This document shows, one piece after another, positions 60,230-64,000 of a stretch of 64,000 nucleotides of DNA. The notes below the pieces were generated by a model that was not told where the DNA came from, ran no database searches, and saw only the letters and a list, made by a program, of their open reading frames with translations. The first letter of the stretch is position 1, and the number at the start of each line of letters is the position of its first letter. The translations under genes and the position numbers were made by a program. Origin of the DNA: Thermomonas sp. (lineage in GTDB: Bacteria > Pseudomonadota > Gammaproteobacteria > Xanthomonadales > Xanthomonadaceae); contig NZ_JASGED010000070.1 in the NCBI RefSeq assembly GCF_047606765.1, positions 2,095 through 66,094 on the forward strand. The letters are read 5' to 3'.

Positions 60230-60814
60230 TCAATTGATTTTCAGCAGGCGGGCAAGATCGGTGCGCAGGTCACCCGGATCGAAGCCGGGAGCGTAGCGCA
60301 GGATGACGAAGCCGTTGGGATCGATCAGCCAGACTGGATCACCGGCTGCATCGTCCCAACGCGCCAGTCCCGCGCGCAGGCCTTCATCCGCATGCACGAC
60401 ATGCGCCGTGCGCGGCAGGCTGGCATCCGCAGGAACGGCACCAGCCCACAGCACATGCACGCGGTCAGCATCCTTGCCCATCAACTTCCAGACCTTGTCC
60501 ACGTCCTGCAACAAGCGTGTGCATGCCGCCGCGCGCGCGCTGTCGCAATCGCGCGGCATCGCCACGATGCGCCAGATGCGTGGCTCGTCCTTCCAGCCAT
60601 AGCGCGCGCCGTCCGCCAGCGTCGGCGCGTATTCGCGCAGGTCGCCATAGGGTTGCAGCATCTCGCCCTTGTTCTTCATGCCTTCCGGCCGCCAGCCCGA
60701 GAAGCGCAGCAGGCCGGCGATCAGCATGCCACCGAAGAACAAGGCAAACAGGATCAGCAGCATGCTGCGGTTGCGGCGGCGATTGGCCACCTGCGTGGGC
60801 GTCATCGGGTCCAT
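60230..60814 (-). CDS. Membrane-anchored hypothetical protein of the oxidase assembly cluster (possible SCO/thioredoxin-like fold)
   Basis: ATG at 60814 in ORF 60230..60877(-). One N-terminal TM segment (MLLILFALFFGGMLIAGLL). Periplasmic part has RDCDSARAAAC and the C-terminal WLIDPNGFVILRY...DLARLL. Confidence 0.55.
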   Translation of the reverse strand: MDPMTPTQVANRRRNRSMLLILFALFFGGMLIAGLLRFSGWRPEGMKNKGEMLQPYGDLREYAPTLADGARYGWKDEPRIWRIVAMPRDCDSARAAACTRLLQDVDKVWKLMGKDADRVHVLWAGAVPADASLPRTAHVVHADEGLRAGLARWDDAAGDPVWLIDPNGFVILRYAPGFDPGDLRTDLARLLKIN

Positions 60815-61563
60815 GTTTTCTTCCTGAAAGTCAGTACCAGCGCGGTGACCAGCACTGCCAGCGCAAGCCCGAACCATTGCACTGCATAACCCAGATGCCG
60901 CTGCGGCGTGAGCGTGTTGGGCAGGATGTCCAGGTCACGTTCGCCCGGTGCCAGCATCACGCCTGCATCATTTTCCTTGCGCTGCGGATCAAGCCGCAGC
61001 ACGCGCGGCGCAATGCCGGTGGACAGGCCCAACGCCTTGGCGATGTCCGCAAGCGTCATGCGCGATGCCAGCCAGCGTGCGTCGCCCGTTTCGGCCAGTG
61101 CCGCGCCATGCGCGATGCCCACCGAGGGCGGTGCTGCCAACAGGCCACGCACCATCTGCGCATCACGCGCCGGGCAGCCGAACACCGGCAACGCGCGCGT
61201 GCCATCCAGCGGCCACCAGCCTGCATCCACAAGCAGCGCCTGCACGCCATCGTCCGGCAGCAGCACGCAATACATGCGCACGCCCGCACGCCCTTCGCGC
61301 TGCTGGTTGTCCAGCCACAGGGTGACATTGGCGATGCGCCCGCTGCCTTCCGCCCAGTCATAGGCATCGACACGTTTCGGGTCGGAGGCCAGCAGCAAGG
61401 GCTGCGGATGCGTGCGATCCGTGACCGCGCCGGATGCAGCTTCAAGCATCGCTTCCTTCTCGTGCATGCGCCCGAGCTGCCAGCGCCCAAGCGAAGCGAA
61501 CGCCGCCATCGCCACCACCGCCAGCAGCCAGCCCCAGATCAGGTTGCGCGTGCGCGTACTCAC
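60802..61563 (-). CDS. SURF1 family cytochrome oxidase assembly protein
   Basis: 253 aa. N-terminal TM segment followed by LGRWQLGRMHEKEAML (SURF1 RWQ motif), plus a C-terminal TM segment. Confidence 0.85.
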   Translation of the reverse strand: MSTRTRNLIWGWLLAVVAMAAFASLGRWQLGRMHEKEAMLEAASGAVTDRTHPQPLLLASDPKRVDAYDWAEGSGRIANVTLWLDNQQREGRAGVRMYCVLLPDDGVQALLVDAGWWPLDGTRALPVFGCPARDAQMVRGLLAAPPSVGIAHGAALAETGDARWLASRMTLADIAKALGLSTGIAPRVLRLDPQRKENDAGVMLAPGERDLDILPNTLTPQRHLGYAVQWFGLALAVLVTALVLTFRKKTWTR

Positions 61564-61629
61564 CGCGCTGCACTCCGGTGCTGCGATAATGCCGGCACCC
61601 TGCGGACGGCCCGCATCGTGGAGACGAAC

Positions 61630-61857
61630 ATGAGCGATTCGCTGAAGACCCTGCTCATCGTCGGTGTGCTGATCCTCATCCTGTGGAACCTCGGCGCCGG
61701 CCTGTACTACATGCTGGTGGACAAGGGCACCACCAAGCGCACCGTCAACTCATTGACCAAACGCATCGCCCTGAGCGTGGCCCTGATCCTGTTCGTGATC
61801 CTTGCCATCTACATGGGCTGGATCACCCCGCACGGCGTGGGCAGCAATCCGGGCTGA
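61630..61857 (+). CDS. Twin transmembrane helix small protein (DUF2909-like)
   Basis: ATG at 61630 in ORF 60517..61857. 75 aa with two TM helices (LLIVGVLILILWNLGAGLYYML, IALSVALILFVILAIYMGW). Typical oppositely oriented small gene inside proteobacterial cox clusters. Confidence 0.65.
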   Translation: MSDSLKTLLIVGVLILILWNLGAGLYYMLVDKGTTKRTVNSLTKRIALSVALILFVILAIYMGWITPHGVGSNPG

Positions 61858-61879
61858 ATTATCGCCCTTTCGATAGCGC

Positions 61880-61906
61880 AAAGGCCGGCAATGCCGGCCT
61901 TTTTGC
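61880..61906. terminator. Rho-independent terminator, probably bidirectional
   Basis: AGGCCGGC AAT GCCGGCCT stem-loop (61882..61900), followed by TTTTT on the plus strand and by TTTGCG on the minus strand. Confidence 0.65.
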
Positions 61907-61912
61907 TTCAAG

Positions 61913-62026
61913 CCCCTCTCCCGGCGGGAGAGGGGTTGGGGAGAGGGTACGGAAGCACGATGCTGCCGCATCGATGACCGAACCCTCATCCGCCCTTCGG
62001 GCACCTTCTCCCGGAGGGAGAAGGGG
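61913..62026. repeat. REP family 3 copy
   Basis: CCCCTCTCCCGGCGGGAGAGGGG hairpin (61913..61935) and CCCTCATCCGCCCTTCGGGCACCTTCTCCCGGAGGGAGAAGGGG (61983..62026). The module GCACC(T/C)TCTCCC...GGGAGA(A/G)GG plus CGAAGGGCGGATGAGGG is shared with 56370..56489. Confidence 0.75.
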
Positions 62027-62030
62027 AACA

Positions 62031-62921
62031 TCAAAGCACGTACACGAACAGGAAAAGTCCCAGCCACACAACATCCACGAAGTGCCAATACCACGCCACC
62101 GCCTCGAAGGCGAAATGGTCATTCGGCGTGAAGTGGCCTTTCAGGCAACGCAGCCAGATGATCGCCAGCATCAGCGTGCCCAGCGTCACATGCGCGCCGT
62201 GGAAGCCGGTCAGCATGAAGAAGGTGGAGCCGTAGATGCCCGAACCCAGGGTCAGGTTCAGCGCGTGATAGGCATGGATGTATTCCTGGGCCTGGTAGAA
62301 CAGGAACAGGCAGCCCAGCGCCACGGTCAGGCCCAGGAACAGCAGCAGGATGCCGCGCTTGTTTTCCTTCAGCGCATGGTGCGCGATGGTCAGGGTCACG
62401 CCCGAGGTCAGCAGGATCAGGGTGTTGATGAGCGGCAGGCCCCAGGCCGGAATGGTCTGGTAGCTGCCGCCAACCGCCGCCGGGCCGTTGCTGGGCCAGC
62501 CGCCGGAAAAGCCCGCCCACAGCAGGCTGTGGGTGGCACCGCCGTCGCCCTCGCCGTTCAACCACGGCAGCGCGAACTGGCGGGTATAGAACAGCGCGCC
62601 GAAGAAGGCGGCGAAGAACATCACTTCGGAGAAGATGAACCACACCATGCCCATGCGGAAGGACACGTCCACCTGCTTGTTGTAATGGCCGGCCACCGAT
62701 TCGCGGATCACGTCGCCGAACCACTTGAACAGCACGGCCAGAAGACCGGCCAGGCCGATGAAGAACACCGTGCGGCCCCAGCTGACTTCGTTCAGCCAGC
62801 TGGCAAAGCCCACCATCGTGATGAACAGCGTGATCGATGCGAACAGCGGCCACTTGCTGCTGTGCGGGACAAAATAGATGTCCTTGTCGTGGCTGGCGTG
62901 ATCGGCGTGGGCATTGGCCAT
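62031..62921 (-). CDS. ctaE: Cytochrome c oxidase subunit III
   Basis: 296 aa, seven TM segments. C-terminus HFEAVAWYWHFVDVVWLGLFLFVY is the classical subunit III signature. Confidence 0.95.
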   Translation of the reverse strand: MANAHADHASHDKDIYFVPHSSKWPLFASITLFITMVGFASWLNEVSWGRTVFFIGLAGLLAVLFKWFGDVIRESVAGHYNKQVDVSFRMGMVWFIFSEVMFFAAFFGALFYTRQFALPWLNGEGDGGATHSLLWAGFSGGWPSNGPAAVGGSYQTIPAWGLPLINTLILLTSGVTLTIAHHALKENKRGILLLFLGLTVALGCLFLFYQAQEYIHAYHALNLTLGSGIYGSTFFMLTGFHGAHVTLGTLMLAIIWLRCLKGHFTPNDHFAFEAVAWYWHFVDVVWLGLFLFVYVL

Positions 62922-62950
62922 GGCGGGTCTTCCGGTTGCGTTGCGTCAGG

Positions 62951-63529
62951 TCAGGGCGCGGTATGCGCCACGTCGGCCCCGGCAGCGGCGCCAAGCGCAG
63001 CCGTCTGGGCATCGTTCTTGTAGAAGGTGTACGACAGGGTGATGGTCTTGACGCCCTCCGGCAGTGCCGGATCGACGATGAAACGCACCGGCATGTCGCG
63101 TGCTTCGCCGGCAGCCAGCGTCTGCGCGGTGAAGCAGAAGCATTCGGTCTTGCTGAAGTAGCCGGAGGCGCGCGCCGGTGCCACCGACGGCACCGCGCTG
63201 CCGACGATGCTGCGATCCGCCGTGTTGCGCGCGAAATACGTTGCCTCGTACTGCTTGCCCAGTTGCACGCGCATCGTGCGCTGCTCGGGCTGGAACTGCC
63301 ACGGCAGCCTGGAATTGACGCCGCCGTCGAACTGCACCGTCACCCAGCGCGCGCCGGCATCGGCCTGCACTTGCGACGCAGCAACCGGCCCCTGCTCCAG
63401 GCGCACGCCGAACACCTTTTCGCAGGCGATCCGGTACAGCGGCACCAGCGAGAAGGCGAAGCCAAACGCCGCCAGCGACACGCAGGCCAGCTTGAACACG
63501 CCGAAATCGCGGGCGCGGTTGTCGCTCAT
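62951..63529 (-). CDS. ctaG: Cytochrome c oxidase assembly protein CtaG/Cox11
   Basis: 192 aa. N-terminal TM segment, then [15 protein letters not shown] (Cox11 CFCF copper motif). Confidence 0.93.
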   Translation of the reverse strand: MSDNRARDFGVFKLACVSLAAFGFAFSLVPLYRIACEKVFGVRLEQGPVAASQVQADAGARWVTVQFDGGVNSRLPWQFQPEQRTMRVQLGKQYEATYFARNTADRSIVGSAVPSVAPARASGYFSKTECFCFTAQTLAAGEARDMPVRFIVDPALPEGVKTITLSYTFYKNDAQTAALGAAAGADVAHTAP

Positions 63530-63663
63530 CGCCCCACCACGCCGGACAGGATGAAGCCGACATAGATCAGCACCGCGATCCCCGCGAACAGCAGCGCCGT
63601 GCGACGCACGCCCTTGCGGCGGGCCTCGGCGGCGGCATCGACGGTGGCGGTTTCGCGGCTCAT
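63526..63663 (-). CDS. Small single-TM protein between ctaD and ctaG (cytochrome oxidase small assembly protein-like)
   Basis: ATG at 63663 in ORF 63526..63822(-). 45 aa, [45 protein letters not shown]. Its stop overlaps the ctaG start (ATGA). Confidence 0.5.
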   Translation of the reverse strand: MSRETATVDAAAEARRKGVRRTALLFAGIAVLIYVGFILSGVVGR

Positions 63664-63682
63664 GTTGCGGTCAGCTGACGAC

Positions 63683-64000
63683 TCAGTGGCTGATGTCGCC
63701 GTGGGCCAGATCGCCGTCCTTGATGACCGGCGGGCGCTCGAAGGTGTGGTGCGGTGCCGGCGACGGCACCGTCCATTCCAGGCCCCTGGCGCCTTCCCAC
63801 GAACGCGCATCGGCCTTGGCACCGTACTTCAGCGAGTGCCACAGCACAAAGGCCATGATGAACGGCGTGGCGAACATGCCGAACGCACCGATCGAGCTGA
63901 TCATGTTCCAGTCCGCGAACACCACGTTGTAGTCCGGGATGCGGCGCGGCATGCCGGCCAGGCCCAGGAAGTGCTGCGGGAAGAACAGCAGGTTGACGAA
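63683..64000 (-). CDS. ctaD: Cytochrome c oxidase subunit I (3' part only; gene continues beyond the window)
   Basis: ORF 63683..63952(-) and the open frame up to 64000. ...MPRRIPDYNVVFADWNMISSIGAFGMF...LEWTVPSPAPHHTF is the conserved subunit I C-terminus. Confidence 0.9.
   Translation of the reverse strand, partial: FVNLLFFPQHFLGLAGMPRRIPDYNVVFADWNMISSIGAFGMFATPFIMAFVLWHSLKYGAKADARSWEGARGLEWTVPSPAPHHTFERPPVIKDGDLAHGDISH

Overview
This window is a very GC-rich, gene-dense chromosomal core region. Gene content, synteny and repeat families suggest a Xanthomonadales/Lysobacterales-type gammaproteobacterium; that assignment is inference, and no database search was possible. I found no rRNA, tRNA, CRISPR array, integrase, transposase or prophage. 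About 60 protein genes can be called from recognisable motifs. In window order they are:
- dtd, then three LPS/lipid-A genes.
- rsmB-fmt-def, divergent from lysM-dprA-smg-topA-tsaC.
- gltBD, two DUF4124 paralogues, glnE and a Ycf46-like AAA+ ATPase.
- A CrtI-like FAD oxidoreductase with a WYL regulator.
- hemC with a LytTR response regulator, an esterase and cca.
- A folB-SDR-PTPS-like-DUF185 methyltransferase module.
- tsaD divergent from rpsU, then yqeY.
- A TonB receptor/DUF3649/PepSY/DUF3325 iron cassette abutting dnaG.
- A TonB-receptor/peptidase/PLP/RidA/MFS locus with an Lrp regulator and an S9 peptidase.
- ada-like/ogt and alkB.
- An aa3-type cytochrome oxidase assembly cluster, from ctaB to ctaD (truncated at the window end).

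Three families of palindromic REP/MITE-like repeats occupy many intergenic spacers. They also supply the C-terminal codons of two genes and spurious N-terminal extensions in the ORF track.

The best candidate for an undescribed system is the 44.6-56.4 kb locus. It has the layout of a TonB-dependent utilisation locus, but it encodes three exported peptidases, a Tat-signal class-V PLP enzyme, an exported RidA and a GPH-type symporter, next to an Lrp regulator.

Other notable points:
- dnaG appears to be captured at the tail of a putatively Fur-controlled iron-uptake operon.
- Four pterin-related genes are translationally coupled, and the PTPS-like member lacks the catalytic Cys.
- The alkB start overlaps the ctaB stop.

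Many very long ORFs in the track are antisense read-through artefacts of high GC content. Some 'M' starts in the track are GTG codons. Gene starts are my best choices and are often uncertain by tens of codons.
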